A stretch of DNA of 64,000 bases, from the NCBI GenBank assembly GCA_965224085.1, contig CBDCYI010000011.1, positions 256,001 to 320,000 on the forward strand. Direction: 5' to 3'. This stretch comes from Candidatus Marinacidobacterales bacterium. Its GTDB lineage: Bacteria; Acidobacteriota; Vicinamibacteria; Marinacidobacterales; SMYC01. The notes beneath the pieces were generated by a model that saw nothing but the letters and a program-made list of their open reading frames with translations, searched no databases and had not been told where the DNA came from. A program made the position numbers and the translations under genes. Positions 20,016-30,667 of this stretch are shown here, piece after piece. The stretch's first letter is position 1. Each line of letters begins with the position of its first letter.

Positions 20016-20185
20016 CGGGGATCAACCTCCAAAATCTCTTGAATGTGACCCTCCCAGGCCGAGCGGTCCGTACTCCCGCTGCGCCTCGAACGCCGAGGGT
20101 GTCGGCGACCATGTCCATTGTGGATGTCGAGTCCCTTCTTCACGCCGCCGCCGAGGGGCATCATCACGCGATGTCGTAACGCGAA

Positions 20186-20760
20186 TCATTCGACGCCGGG
20201 AATGGGGAGATGCGCGGGTCCGATGAGGACCGCGTTGATGAAGAGAAGCACCGTTGACGGGTTATACGCGCGGTAACTCGGATCGATGAGCACGATGGAC
20301 TCCCCAAGATCTGCTCGACGCCGTTGTCTTTCTCCGCGGCGAGCAGTGGTAGGCCTCCGCGAGCGCCGCGTCGCTCGACGACAGCTCGTCGCCATGGACG
20401 GAGTGCAAGAACCACGATGTTACGAGGAGCGTCCGGACGAGCTCTTCGGCTTCAGATTCGGAGAGCGATCGCGGGTCGGCAAAGCGGCGCAAGTTCGCCT
20501 GGACGGCGTGCGCGATGCGCTCGGGGCTCGCGATGACGAGCACATAGAGCGCACGCCCTTCCCAGCTCTCACCGTACGCGATGAGCTTCGTGCGCTCGGG
20601 TGCGGCTGAGCCAATGCGTGCAAGTAGCGCACGATTTGCGCGTGATCGCTGAGCTCTTCCCCGAAGTCGTGTCCGGCGACAGCTTCGAGGCTGGGGATGC
20701 CCCGGTCGTAATCCGTGCCTGGCGCAATCTCCGGCCTCGCGCTTTGCAGCGCGAGCCCAA
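20186..20760 (-). pseudogene. Degraded hypothetical gene
   Basis: Several short protein-like frames in series below xdhC with no continuous ORF. Confidence 0.35.
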
Positions 20761-20778
20761 ATAAGAGAACGGCTCAGG

Positions 20779-21588
20779 TCATTTGTCGGAGGCGTTTTTT
20801 GCGTGCCGCATCCGCTCGCCGGTTCCGGCGCGCTGCAGCATCACGATCTCGGCAAGAATGCTGACCGCGATCTCCTCGGGGGTCTCGGCATTGAGCTCGA
20901 GCCCCATCGGAGAGACGACGCGCGCGACATTTTCGTCCGAGACGCCCGCGGCGCGCAGCTTTTCGACACAGACTTCCCAGCGGCGCCGTGAGCCGATAAC
21001 GCCGATATACGCCGCGGAGGTCGAGAGAAGGGCCGGGAGCCCTTCGAGATCCACCGGGACCGCGCGCGTGGTGAGCAGCACGAAAGTATCGCCATCGATG
21101 GACGTACGCTCCGGAAGCTCCGAAAGCTTGCACTCGATGTACTCGTCCGCGTCGGGCACGGCCTGTGGGCACGCGAAGTCAGGGCGGTCGTCGGAGACGA
21201 CAACGCGAAAGCCGAGCCAGCCCGCGAGATGGGCGACGGCTTTGCCGACGTGGCCGCCGCCGACGATAACCATTTTCGATCGTGGTTTTACAGGTTCCAC
21301 GTAGACCTCCACCTCTCCGCCGCAAACCCCGACATCGCCTTTTTGGATGTCCCGGAACGCATAAGAGAGAATGCGCGTCTTTCCGTCCGCGATGGCAGCG
21401 AGAGACTCGCGGATGACGCGGCCTTCCATATCGCCGCCGCCAATCGTGCCTTCGATGCGGCCGTCACCGAAGACGACCATCTTGCTGCCGTCATGGCGCG
21501 GTACCGATCCTTGCGCTCGGATTACGGTAGCGACGGCGAACGCCCCACCTTCGCGTACGAGCTCAGCGAGTTTCGCGTAAATCGACAC
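20779..21588 (-). CDS. XdhC/CoxF-family molybdenum hydroxylase accessory factor
   Basis: GSVPR..G.KM, GTIGGG, VCGG, GGGHVG, YIGVIGS and ETPEEIAVSI motifs. Confidence 0.9.
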   Translation of the reverse strand: MSIYAKLAELVREGGAFAVATVIRAQGSVPRHDGSKMVVFGDGRIEGTIGGGDMEGRVIRESLAAIADGKTRILSYAFRDIQKGDVGVCGGEVEVYVEPVKPRSKMVIVGGGHVGKAVAHLAGWLGFRVVVSDDRPDFACPQAVPDADEYIECKLSELPERTSIDGDTFVLLTTRAVPVDLEGLPALLSTSAAYIGVIGSRRRWEVCVEKLRAAGVSDENVARVVSPMGLELNAETPEEIAVSILAEIVMLQRAGTGERMRHAKNASDK

Positions 21589-21624
21589 GGTGAAGACGCA
21601 TTCTATAGGACACGGCCGCGAATC

Positions 21625-22854
21625 TCAGGGTACCGGCTGCGGTTGAGTTGCATCGGCCGAAGCACCTCTTGCGGGCTTGCGAATGTTCTCTTCCCAATAG
21701 ACCGGTCGGGCGCCGAGAACCGCCGCGCCCGCCGCGAGGCTCATCACGGCAAGAGGCATGAAGGCGTAGCGGTAGGTCCCTTGCGGGTCGTAGATGTAGC
21801 CCACGACAAGCGGGCCGGTGGCGAAGCCGACCGTGAGGCAGGCCGTCAGGACACCGATCGTGCGACCGAGCACCTTGGGACCAAAGCAATGTTTGGACAA
21901 AACGGGGATGTCGACGATCGCACCTCCGTGAGCGAGCCCGCGCGTCAACACCAAGGCCCCGAGCAAAAACGATCCTTGGACCGGTATGGCGATCAGGATC
22001 GAGAGCGCCATGAGCACGTAGCAAATCGTGACGCCTTTCGTGGAGAGCTTGTCATAGACCCAGCGGAAACCGACTTTGCCGAAGATGCTGAAGAGCGCGG
22101 CGGTCGAGGCGGCGCCCGCGGCCGCAGCGAAGCTCAAGCCGACGTCTTTCTCGAGGTAGAGCACGAAATTCTGTGACATGGCCTGATCTACGAAGCCGAT
22201 GAGCAGGACGGCAGCCACCAGCATCCAGAAGCTTCGCTGCCTCAAAATGGTCGAAAAATCGCCGCTGTCTCCGCTCTGCTCCTGGGCTTGCTCGAAGTCC
22301 TCGTCTTTCACGACCCAGAGAAATGCAGGCAGTGCGATGAGCCAAATCCCGGCGCTCATGAGGGCAGCCGCTTCTCGCCAGCCAAGCGTCTCGATGAGAT
22401 ATCTCGCAAGCATAGGGGTCAGCGTGCCGCCGACACTAGTTCCCAACAAGGCAGCACCCATGGCAAAGCCTTGCTGCTCGCGAAAGCGGCGTGACACGAG
22501 CACCTTCATCGAGATCATAACGCCGACGGCACCGAGCCCGAGAAAGAGACCGATGAAGTAGAACATCGTCAGCGATTGGATAGCGAGGAACGCGATGATC
22601 GCAAGGCCGGACAAAGTGCCCGCGAACAGGACGATTTTCCGAATCGACATCCGGTCGAGGAGAACGCCGAAGAGAAGGCCGATGACGGCGCCAGCCCCGA
22701 ACTTCATGCTCACGATGAGCATCACCTGAGTTCGGCTCCACCCGAACTCATCGATGATCGGAGAGTAGAGCACGGGCATCATGAATGTGGGAGCCCCGAA
22801 CATGAAGACAAGGCAGAGAAACGCTGCGAAAACGACCCACCAGTTCTGGGACAA
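21625..22854 (-). CDS. MFS transporter
   Basis: About 12 hydrophobic segments; G..LDRMSIRK motif A. Confidence 0.85.
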   Translation of the reverse strand: MSQNWWVVFAAFLCLVFMFGAPTFMMPVLYSPIIDEFGWSRTQVMLIVSMKFGAGAVIGLLFGVLLDRMSIRKIVLFAGTLSGLAIIAFLAIQSLTMFYFIGLFLGLGAVGVMISMKVLVSRRFREQQGFAMGAALLGTSVGGTLTPMLARYLIETLGWREAAALMSAGIWLIALPAFLWVVKDEDFEQAQEQSGDSGDFSTILRQRSFWMLVAAVLLIGFVDQAMSQNFVLYLEKDVGLSFAAAAGAASTAALFSIFGKVGFRWVYDKLSTKGVTICYVLMALSILIAIPVQGSFLLGALVLTRGLAHGGAIVDIPVLSKHCFGPKVLGRTIGVLTACLTVGFATGPLVVGYIYDPQGTYRYAFMPLAVMSLAAGAAVLGARPVYWEENIRKPARGASADATQPQPVP

Positions 22855-22868
22855 GCCTCATTCTCCCT

Positions 22869-24134
22869 TCAGCTGCGCATCGTAGCTTCGGCGTGAGCCT
22901 CTGACAAGTGGTCGCGCTCGAGAAGTGTCGCCATGCGAGCCATGCGTGCTTGCGCCCAGAGCCACGTGAGACCGCAACCGAGTGCGCTTCCGAGCACCGT
23001 CCACTGGAGCCCGAAGCTTTCGGAAAGCACGCCAAGGGCGAGCGCGCCCACCGCGGGGCTGACTCGCATGGCCACGCCATAGAGACCCATCACCCGGCCG
23101 CGCATATGGCCGTCCACGGTGTTTTGCACGAGCGTTTGACACGTGATGCTCGTCGCCACGTGACCGAAGCCGATGACGGCCATACAAAGGACTGCGACCA
23201 CGAAGCTATCTGTCGTCGCAAACAACGTCTGGAACACCGCGACGACGAGGAGCGAAGAAACCCCGATGCGGGTGAGGCCAGCCGGGTGGCCGCGTCCAGC
23301 TAGCCAGAGGCTGCTCATGAGCGCGCCGATGCCGACCGCGGCGATCAGGGTCGCGAGGCCTGAAGCACCCTGCTCGAACACCCGATCCGCGAAGGCGGGC
23401 AAGAGGTCGAAGAACGAACGTGCAAAAACAGTCGCAGCAACGATCAAGACCAAGACGGAGCGGACGCCGGCGTGGGTCGTGACATAGCGAAAGCCTTCCT
23501 GGATCTCCGTCCAGATGCTGGCCTCGCTGCGCTCTCTGACTTCGTTTCGAAGCGGCTCGATGCGAAACATGATTCCGAGAAAGAAGAAAAAGCAGAGCGC
23601 GGCGCCCGCAAAGGAGGCAGCGACGCTGAAGGCGGCGATGAGAAACCCGGCTATGGCGGGCCCGATGAAGCGCGCCAAGTTGAACAAGCTCGAGTTGAGG
23701 GCCACCGCGGAGGGGAGATCTTCCAAGCGCACGAGGCTCGGGACGAGAGACAAGCGGACCGGTTGCGCGAAAGCTTGGATGACACCGAGCACGAGAACGA
23801 GCGCGAGCAGAATCTCGGTCTGCAGAAGACCCGTGAACGCGAGGATGGCGAGCGTAGTAGCTTGGACAGACTGCGCGAACTGCGTCCAGCGAATGAGTCG
23901 GATCCGCTCGAAGCGGTCGGCGATGACGCCGCTTACGGGTGCTAAGAAAGTCGCGGGGAGGGCGTCCGCCATCGCCATGATGCCGAGCCACGTGGCAGAC
24001 TCCGTGAGCTCCCAAGTGAGCCAACCAACGCCGACTTTCTGTAGCCAGAAGCCGACTAGAGAGATCGAGCTTCCTGTCGCGTAGAGTCGATAGCTGCGAT
24101 TCTTGAGTGCGTGCCCTATACCGTCGAAAATCAA
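22869..24134 (-). CDS. MFS transporter (MFS_3/DHA3-like)
   Basis: ALKNRSYRLY, GVIADRFER, FNLARFIGPA and MRGRVMG motifs; start codon approximate. Confidence 0.85.
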   Translation of the reverse strand: MIFDGIGHALKNRSYRLYATGSSISLVGFWLQKVGVGWLTWELTESATWLGIMAMADALPATFLAPVSGVIADRFERIRLIRWTQFAQSVQATTLAILAFTGLLQTEILLALVLVLGVIQAFAQPVRLSLVPSLVRLEDLPSAVALNSSLFNLARFIGPAIAGFLIAAFSVAASFAGAALCFFFFLGIMFRIEPLRNEVRERSEASIWTEIQEGFRYVTTHAGVRSVLVLIVAATVFARSFFDLLPAFADRVFEQGASGLATLIAAVGIGALMSSLWLAGRGHPAGLTRIGVSSLLVVAVFQTLFATTDSFVVAVLCMAVIGFGHVATSITCQTLVQNTVDGHMRGRVMGLYGVAMRVSPAVGALALGVLSESFGLQWTVLGSALGCGLTWLWAQARMARMATLLERDHLSEAHAEATMRS

Positions 24135-24195
24135 AGCGATGGATCTTACTACACTCGCGGCCTGTGCTATTCTCCGCCGAAAGATGCCAGATGCG

Positions 24196-24449
24196 ATGAC
24201 TTTACCGACCGACGCGGCGTGGAAGGCCATCGAAGGTGCGTTCGATCTTCAAGTGCACGTCGCGCCGGACGTGATCGAGCGCCGCACCGACGACATCGAC
24301 CTCGCGCGTGATTTTTTGAACCGCGGGCTCAAAGGCTTCGTGCTCAAGTCCCACTACGTTCCCACCGCGGAGCGCGCCCAGGTGGTGGCCCGAGCGAGCA
24401 CGTGGCACAGATGGCCGTCGTCAACACCGCGCGGCTCGTCGAGCTTTGA
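24196..24449 (+). pseudogene. DUF6282-like amidohydrolase-fold gene with most of the middle deleted
   Basis: N-terminus GAFDLQVHVAPD...VLKSH...TAERA joined out of frame to a typical C-terminus QMAVVNTARLVEL*. Confidence 0.6.
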
Positions 24450-24484
24450 CCAGGCCAGCCTCAAAAGGACGAGGGGAGGCGCCC

Positions 24485-24922
24485 ATGAGTGTTGAGCATT
24501 CGGATAACGTGCTCGCCTCCGTCCACGTCTTGTCGAACCGCATCACGCGCGCATTCGAATCGAGGATCGAGGCGCGCTACCGGATCGCCGTCGCGGAGTG
24601 GCGCGTGTTGTTGAGCCTTTTCGGCACGTCGGGTCTGACGGCCAAAGAAATTCACGAGCAGTGGGCGATGGACAAGATGACCGTGAGTCGCGCCGTCCGG
24701 CGTCTCGAGCAAGACGGCCGAGTGAAGCGGCACCGTCATCCCGAGGACGGCCGGAGCTTCGTCTTGGTCGCCACGTCGCGCGGCGTACGGCTTGTGAAGA
24801 AGATCCTTCCGACCGCCGATGTCCGCTACCGCGAAGTCCTTTCCTGTCTCAGCGGACGCGAGCGCACCGCGCTCGAGCGGATGCTAGCGAAGCTCCTTCG
24901 CCACACCGCGAGGTTGAAATAG
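24485..24922 (+). CDS. MarR-family regulator
   Basis: AEWRVL, MDKMTVSRAVRRL, DGRS and T.RG winged-helix motifs; GGAGG RBS. Confidence 0.9.
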   Translation: MSVEHSDNVLASVHVLSNRITRAFESRIEARYRIAVAEWRVLLSLFGTSGLTAKEIHEQWAMDKMTVSRAVRRLEQDGRVKRHRHPEDGRSFVLVATSRGVRLVKKILPTADVRYREVLSCLSGRERTALERMLAKLLRHTARLK

Positions 24923-25039
24923 GCCTAACTAGTATCATGTGATACTATATTGCCGGGAGGTCCGCTATGGTTTGGTTTCTCGTCCCGCAAAAGGCCGATG
25001 CATTTAGGCCGCTACCTCCGCGAAAGCCGCCGAAGGTCG

Positions 25040-25277
25040 GGACGGCGCGGCGATCGAGATCGAAGATCATGGCGCGGGGATACCGGCTTCCGACCTCCCG
25101 CATATCTTCGAGCCGTTCTACCGTGGCCGGCAGGCGCGCGACGACCAAATCGAAGGTAGCGGGATCGGTCTGAGCCTCGTGAAGCATGTGATCGACGCTC
25201 ATGGCGGTACCATCGAGGTCACGAGTCCAGAAGGCGGCGGCAGCCGCTTCACACTCCTACTGCCCGCGGGCGCCTGA
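25040..25277 (+). pseudogene. Histidine kinase HATPase C-terminal fragment
   Basis: Manual translation IEDHGAGIP..DLPHIFEPFYR...GSGIGLSLVK..IDAHGG.I...F.LLLP*; the N-terminus is absent. Confidence 0.8.
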
Positions 25278-25280
25278 GCG

Positions 25281-25964
25281 ATGGCGGGCCGTGTGCTCGT
25301 GATCGAGGACGAGCCTGGGCTGGTGCTTGCTTTGACCGACCGCCTCGGGAGCGTCGGCTACGATGTCGACTGCGCCACCGATGGCGAGACGGGCCTCGAA
25401 CGCGCGATCGACAATGCCTATGACGTCATCATCCTGGACATCATGCTGCCGCGCAAGGACGGCTTCGAAGTCTGCCGCGATTTGAGAAAAAAGGGAGTGA
25501 CGTCGGCTATCCTCATGCTCACGACGCGCGACCGCACCTCTGACAAAGTCGTCGGCCTGAAGCTCGGCGCGGACGACTATCTGACCAAACCGTTCGAATC
25601 CGCCGAGCTATTGGCCCGGATCGAAGCGCTCTTGCGGCGCGTCCCGGCGGCAAGCCAGCTTCCGGACCCGTACCGCTTCGGCGATGTCGAGGTGAAGATT
25701 CGGAGTGCCGCCGTGAGCCGCGATGGCAAGCCCGTCAAACTGTCCGCGCGCGAGTTTACGCTATTGAAGCACTTCATCGAGCATCGCGGGGACGTTTTGT
25801 CGCGCGATGAGCTTCTCGACGCCGTATGGGGCTACAACTTCATCCCGAGCACTCGCACGGTCGATGTCCACGTGGCGTGGCTGCGACAAAAGCTCGAAGT
25901 GGACTCGCGCGCTCCGCGCTTCATCGTGACCGTCCACGGCCTCGGCTACCGCTTCGAAGGCTAG
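25281..25964 (+). CDS. OmpR-family response regulator
   Basis: VIEDE, LDIMLP, GADDYLTKPF and RTVDVHV...TVHGLGYRF motifs. Confidence 0.93.
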   Translation: MAGRVLVIEDEPGLVLALTDRLGSVGYDVDCATDGETGLERAIDNAYDVIILDIMLPRKDGFEVCRDLRKKGVTSAILMLTTRDRTSDKVVGLKLGADDYLTKPFESAELLARIEALLRRVPAASQLPDPYRFGDVEVKIRSAAVSRDGKPVKLSAREFTLLKHFIEHRGDVLSRDELLDAVWGYNFIPSTRTVDVHVAWLRQKLEVDSRAPRFIVTVHGLGYRFEG

Positions 25965-25965
25965 T

Positions 25966-26015
25966 CCCGCCTACGCCCGCCTACGCCCGCCTACGCCCTG
26001 CGGGCTTCGGCGAGG
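25966..26015. repeat. REP-like palindrome with a triplicated CCCGCCTACG unit
   Basis: (CCCGCCTACG)x3 followed by CCCTGCGGGCTTCGGCGAGG, between convergent genes. Confidence 0.55.
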
Positions 26016-26253
26016 TAGGGATGTGGCATCGGCGTGGAGCACCGCGCTGACGATGACGTTCGCAACGATCCAGCCGATCGTTCCGAAGACTCGGATGATG
26101 GGGAACTGCTTCTCCTTGTCGGTAGTGTGGTGAAAGATCGTTGTTGTAGATCTCGAGCATCGAGCCGGCGGAATATCCGAGCGCGAGAATAACGATGAGT
26201 GCCGAGCCCACGATAGCCCACGGTAGCAAGGATTTCGTGTCACGCGATGCCAT
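26016..26253 (-). pseudogene. Nucleoside:H+ symporter (NupG/YegT-like) internal fragment fused to another gene start
   Basis: DKEKQFPIIRVFGTIGWIVA motif; no complete ORF. Confidence 0.6.
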
Positions 26254-26338
26254 GGTCGCCTTCGTTGACCTGAGTATAGAGCGAAGTCCGCGCGCTGGCC
26301 AGTGTGCTTCGTGTAGAATCTAGCGCTTTGGTTTCCGC

Positions 26339-28717
26339 ATGAGAGACATTTTTCCCGCTATTTTTATTTTGGTTAGCCCGCTTTTTACGTCCGCACAGAC
26401 GATTGACTACCGAACGGCGCATTTGGAGCGAAAGCTGCCCGCCGTCCGCGCCGAGCGGACGATCCTCATCGACGGCGTGCTCGATGAAGACGCTTGGAAG
26501 AAAGCGCCGGTCGCCACCAACTTCATTCAGCGTGAGCCCCAAGAAGGCGCGCCCGCGACTTACGACACCGACGTTCGCATTCTCTACGACGACGAGCATC
26601 TCTATGTCGGCGTGGTCGCTTTCGATGACGAGCCCGAAAATCTCATCGCCACCGACCTCACGCGCGACTACAACACCCGTGCCGTCGACTCGTTCGCGAT
26701 CGTCCTCGACACGTTCCATGACCGCCGCAACAGCTACATGTTCCAGACGAATCCCCTTGGCGCGAAGATGGACGGTCAGAGCTTCAACGAAGGCCAGTCT
26801 TTCGACGTCAACTGGGACGGTGTGTGGTATGTGAAAAGCCGCATCGTCGACAACGGCTGGGTAGCCGAGTACGCCATTCCTTTCAAAACGGTGAAATTCC
26901 GCGGACGCGACGAGCAGACCTGGGGCATCAATTTTGCGCGGCGCAATCGACGCTTGAACGAAGAAAGCGACTGGGCGCCCATTCCCCGTATCTTCACGAC
27001 GACGCGCGTCTCGCTCGCGGGCACACTCGATGGGCTCCAGAACATCAAGCCCGCGTCGAGGTTCAAGGTCACACCTTATGCCCGGGGCGACGTCTCGAAA
27101 ACACTCGGTTTCGATCGGACCGCGGACGGGACCGGGGGGCTCGACGCGAAGATCGGCATTGGCAACGGACTCACGCTCGATTTGACCGCAAATACGGATT
27201 TCTCCGAGGTCGAGGCGGACGTTCAACGAGTGAACTAATAAGAAACTCAGGGTGTAGCGTTTGGGGGCAGTGACGTCAAAACCGAGCTCCCTCAGGCGTC
27301 GTGTTGAGCCGGTGCCACCTCCAGAGACTACCGCGTTTCATTCATTCGGGGTGGCCGTCAGGCCGTGGAAAACTTGACGCGTTTCAGTCTTTTTTTTCCC
27401 GAGAAGCGCGACTTCTTTCTGGAGAACTCCGGTGTGTTCCGCTTCGGGCCGCCGGAGGACCCTCGCCGCCGGCGATTTCGGCGCTCGTTCGGTCTCAGTG
27501 GGGGCAGTCTCGCCGGCGGGCAAAGCCGCGGCAACGATCTTCTATTGTTTTTCAGCCGTCGTATCGGCCTCGCGAGCGAGGGGGAGCCCATCCCCGTCAT
27601 TGGCGGCGGCCGCCTCACCGGTCGCTCCGGTCCCTACGAGCTGGGCTTTTTGAACATCCAGACCGGAAAAGAGCCGCTCATCTCGAACGGGTCGAACGGG
27701 TCGAACGGGGACAACTTCACGGTGGCCCGCGTGAAGCGCAATATCTTCCAAAATTCGGATATCGGGTTCATGTTCATCAATCGAGAGACGATGGACTCCG
27801 ATCATTTCAATCGCAGCATTGGCGCCGACGCGAATTTGAGGCTCAGCGCTCAGATGGATGTCAATGCCTATATCGCGAAGACGGCGACCCCGGATTTGGA
27901 GGGGGACGATCTTGCGGGCCGGGTCGCGTATAGCTATAACAGCCGCTCGATTATTTTCTCGTCTTCGTTCTCGACGCTACAGGACAACTTCAATCCCGAA
28001 GTCGGCTTCGCACCGCGCACTGGTGTGCGCCGCGCGAGCGGCAGGTTTCAATACAATTACCGCCAGCCTTGGGCGCGCGACACGCTGCGCGAGCTCAGCG
28101 CGACCGCCGAGGGAGACTACTTCACGGATCAGGAAAGTAACGTCGTCAGTCGCTATTTCAATTTACGTTTGACTCTCCGGCTCCAGAACGGAGGGGTCAT
28201 CGGTATCACACGCAACGCGAACCTCGAGCAACTTTCGGAGTCCTTCGAGATCCAACCCGACGTCACCATCGAGCCGGGCTTCTTTACATTCGACGACACT
28301 TCCATTTTTGTCTTCACCGATCCGAGCCGCTTGGTTTCGAGCAATGTCCGCATTACGCGAGGCGGTTTCTATTCGGGGACGAAAACCTCCTATTCGCTGG
28401 GAGCTTCTTTGAAGCTCGGTCCGCGATTCACCGCGCAAGCCAGTTGGGCGCTCAACGACGTCGATCTCGCCGAAGGTGCGTTCACCACGCATCTTCTGAC
28501 AACGCGCGCGAGCTACAGCTTCAGCCCATCGATGTTCGTTAACGCCTTGATTCAGTACAACAGCATCACGGATGAGCTCTCGAGCAACGTGCGTTTCAAT
28601 ATTATCCATCGTCCCTTGTCGGATATTTTTGTCGTGTACAACGATCTCCGAGACGATCAGGGCCGCGTGGTCGATCGCGCGCTCATCGCGAAATTTACTT
28701 ATCTGTTCGATTTCTAG
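26339..28717 (+). pseudogene. DUF5916/CBM9-like outer-membrane protein interrupted by a 138-bp insertion
   Basis: NTDFSEVEADVQRVN|LTRFSLFFPEKRDFFLEN is split across two ORFs; the paralog at 48194-50470 has the motif intact. Confidence 0.88.
27237..27374. mobile_element. 138-bp non-coding insertion with duplicated AACT
   Basis: AACT at 27233-27236 and 27371-27374; removal restores GTG AAC TTG ACG CGT. Confidence 0.75.
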
Positions 28718-28727
28718 GAGGACCGTC

Positions 28728-30164
28728 ATGTTTTGGAAGAGGCGCTTGTTCATCGGTTTTGGCCTAGTTATTAGCATTGGCATTATCACTCTCACTTCCG
28801 CGACGACGCGCGCTCAATCCAGCCTTGCCGATGACTACCGAGAGGCCGCGGGCCGCGTGATCGGCGCCGCCATGACCGACGTCGAAGGCTGGGAGAAGCT
28901 CGAGCACCTTACGATCGATATCGGCCATCGATTGAGCGGATCCTCTGGGCTCGAGCGCGCCATCGATTGGGCTTTCGATCGCATGAAGCGCGAGGAGCTT
29001 CACGTGCAAAAACTTCCGGTGAAAGTGCCGCATTGGGTGCGGGGCGAGGAATCCGCGCGGCTCCTAGCACCTGTCGAGCGCGCACTACCGATCTTGGGAC
29101 TCGGCCTGAGCGTCGGAACGCCCGCGGCCGGCATCAATGCGCACGTCGTCGCGGTCACGAGCTTCGATGAGCTCGACGCACTCGGACGCGAGAAAGTCGA
29201 AGGGAAGATCGTCCTCTTTGCGGTCCCGTGGATGGGCTATGGACACACCGTGCGTTACCGCTCCGCGGGTGCCTCCCGAGCGGCGGCGCTCGGGGCGGTC
29301 GCGGCACTCGTGCGCTCGGCCACCGGCCGCAGCTTGAGCACACCGCATACCGGCGCGATGCGCTACGACGAAACGTTTCCAAAGATTCCTGCGGCTGCCG
29401 TAACCGTCGAAGATGCCGAATGGATGCGACTCGCGATCGATCACGGACAGGACGTGCGTGTGCATCTTTCGATGGGCGCTCAGATGCTTCCGGACGCGGA
29501 CTCGTTCAATCTCGTCGCCGAGATCCCAGGGCGCGAGCTGCCGGACGAGGTGGTCGTCATGGGCGGACATTTCGACTCGTGGGATGTCGGGCAGGGTGCT
29601 CACGATGACGGGGCGGCCTGCATGGCTGCATGGCATGCGCTGACACTCGTGCATCGTCTCGGCCTAAGGCCGCGACGGACGCTGCGCGTGGTGCTGTGGA
29701 CGAACGAGGAGAACGGTCTCCGCGGGGGGAGGGCTTATCGCGAGTGGGTGGGCGACCGAATCGACACTCATGTCGCCGCTATCGAGATGGATGGTGGGGC
29801 CGAGCGGCCGATCGGTTTCGGCGTCGGCTTGCGTATAGGCGAGGGCGACGGCTCGGATGCGGCCTACCAACGCGCGCTCGAGCTGCTGACGCCCATCGGG
29901 TCGCTACTCGACGGGATCGACGCTGGCATCATGCAACGCGGCGGCGGGGGCGCGGATATCGGACCTTTGATGAATGATGGTGTTCCCGGACTCGCCCTCC
30001 GCACCGTCGGTGAGCACTACTTCGATTGGCACCATACCCAGGCGGACACGCTCGACAAAGTGGACCTTCAGGATTTCCGGCGCGCCATCGCGATGCTAGG
30101 AGTCGTCGGCTATGTGCTCGCCGACATGCCGGGCACGCTGCCGCGTGGCTCGGGCAAAAAATAA
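28728..30164 (+). CDS. M28-family peptidase (carboxypeptidase Q-like)
   Basis: GGHFDSWD, GAHDDG, NEENG, EMDGG and YFDWHHT.AD motifs; signal peptide. Confidence 0.9.
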   Translation: MFWKRRLFIGFGLVISIGIITLTSATTRAQSSLADDYREAAGRVIGAAMTDVEGWEKLEHLTIDIGHRLSGSSGLERAIDWAFDRMKREELHVQKLPVKVPHWVRGEESARLLAPVERALPILGLGLSVGTPAAGINAHVVAVTSFDELDALGREKVEGKIVLFAVPWMGYGHTVRYRSAGASRAAALGAVAALVRSATGRSLSTPHTGAMRYDETFPKIPAAAVTVEDAEWMRLAIDHGQDVRVHLSMGAQMLPDADSFNLVAEIPGRELPDEVVVMGGHFDSWDVGQGAHDDGAACMAAWHALTLVHRLGLRPRRTLRVVLWTNEENGLRGGRAYREWVGDRIDTHVAAIEMDGGAERPIGFGVGLRIGEGDGSDAAYQRALELLTPIGSLLDGIDAGIMQRGGGGADIGPLMNDGVPGLALRTVGEHYFDWHHTQADTLDKVDLQDFRRAIAMLGVVGYVLADMPGTLPRGSGKK

Positions 30165-30667
30165 TTTTGACAGGATTAGTCATGATCGGTACGAGGCAGT
30201 TGATGGCGGTACCGTGTCGCAATCGAAGTTGGAACAGCTCAAGCCCCGAGCTCCATCTCTTCGAGCGAGCCCGCCACGAGCACCCGGTCCAAGTAAGCAT
30301 CCAGCTCTTCGAGCGATTCCAACGCTCGTACTCGGGCCGCGGTCTCCTGGGGAAGAGGACCAAACCTGGAATTGAGGAACCGTAGCAACGTATCGCGCTT
30401 TCCTTCGAGAAGGCCCTCTTCACGCCCCTTCTCCATCATTTTGTCAGCCCAGGTGAGTTCCATCTCTTGTGCCTCCCGATACTCGTCTTTCGATAGTAGC
30501 CCGCGAAAGCTTTCCTCCTGATGGGCAGCGAGCTCAAAATAGGTCTCGATGACGTTCACCAACAGGAACTTCGGCGCATCGTCCAAATCGCTCTTTCCAA
30601 CCCGCTGCATCATCGAGGCCTTGAGCAGAGGCTCGTCGACGTGGCGGCGGTCCATCAGAGCCGCTAG

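Noticed and set aside
27237-27374. Self-splicing intron or intein
   Set aside because: Too short, no group I/II hallmarks, begins with a stop codon and has a target-like duplication.
17988-27709. Short repeats at 17988, 25966 and 27683 as CRISPR arrays
   Set aside because: They are 9-10 bp tandem units without spacers, and no cas genes are present.
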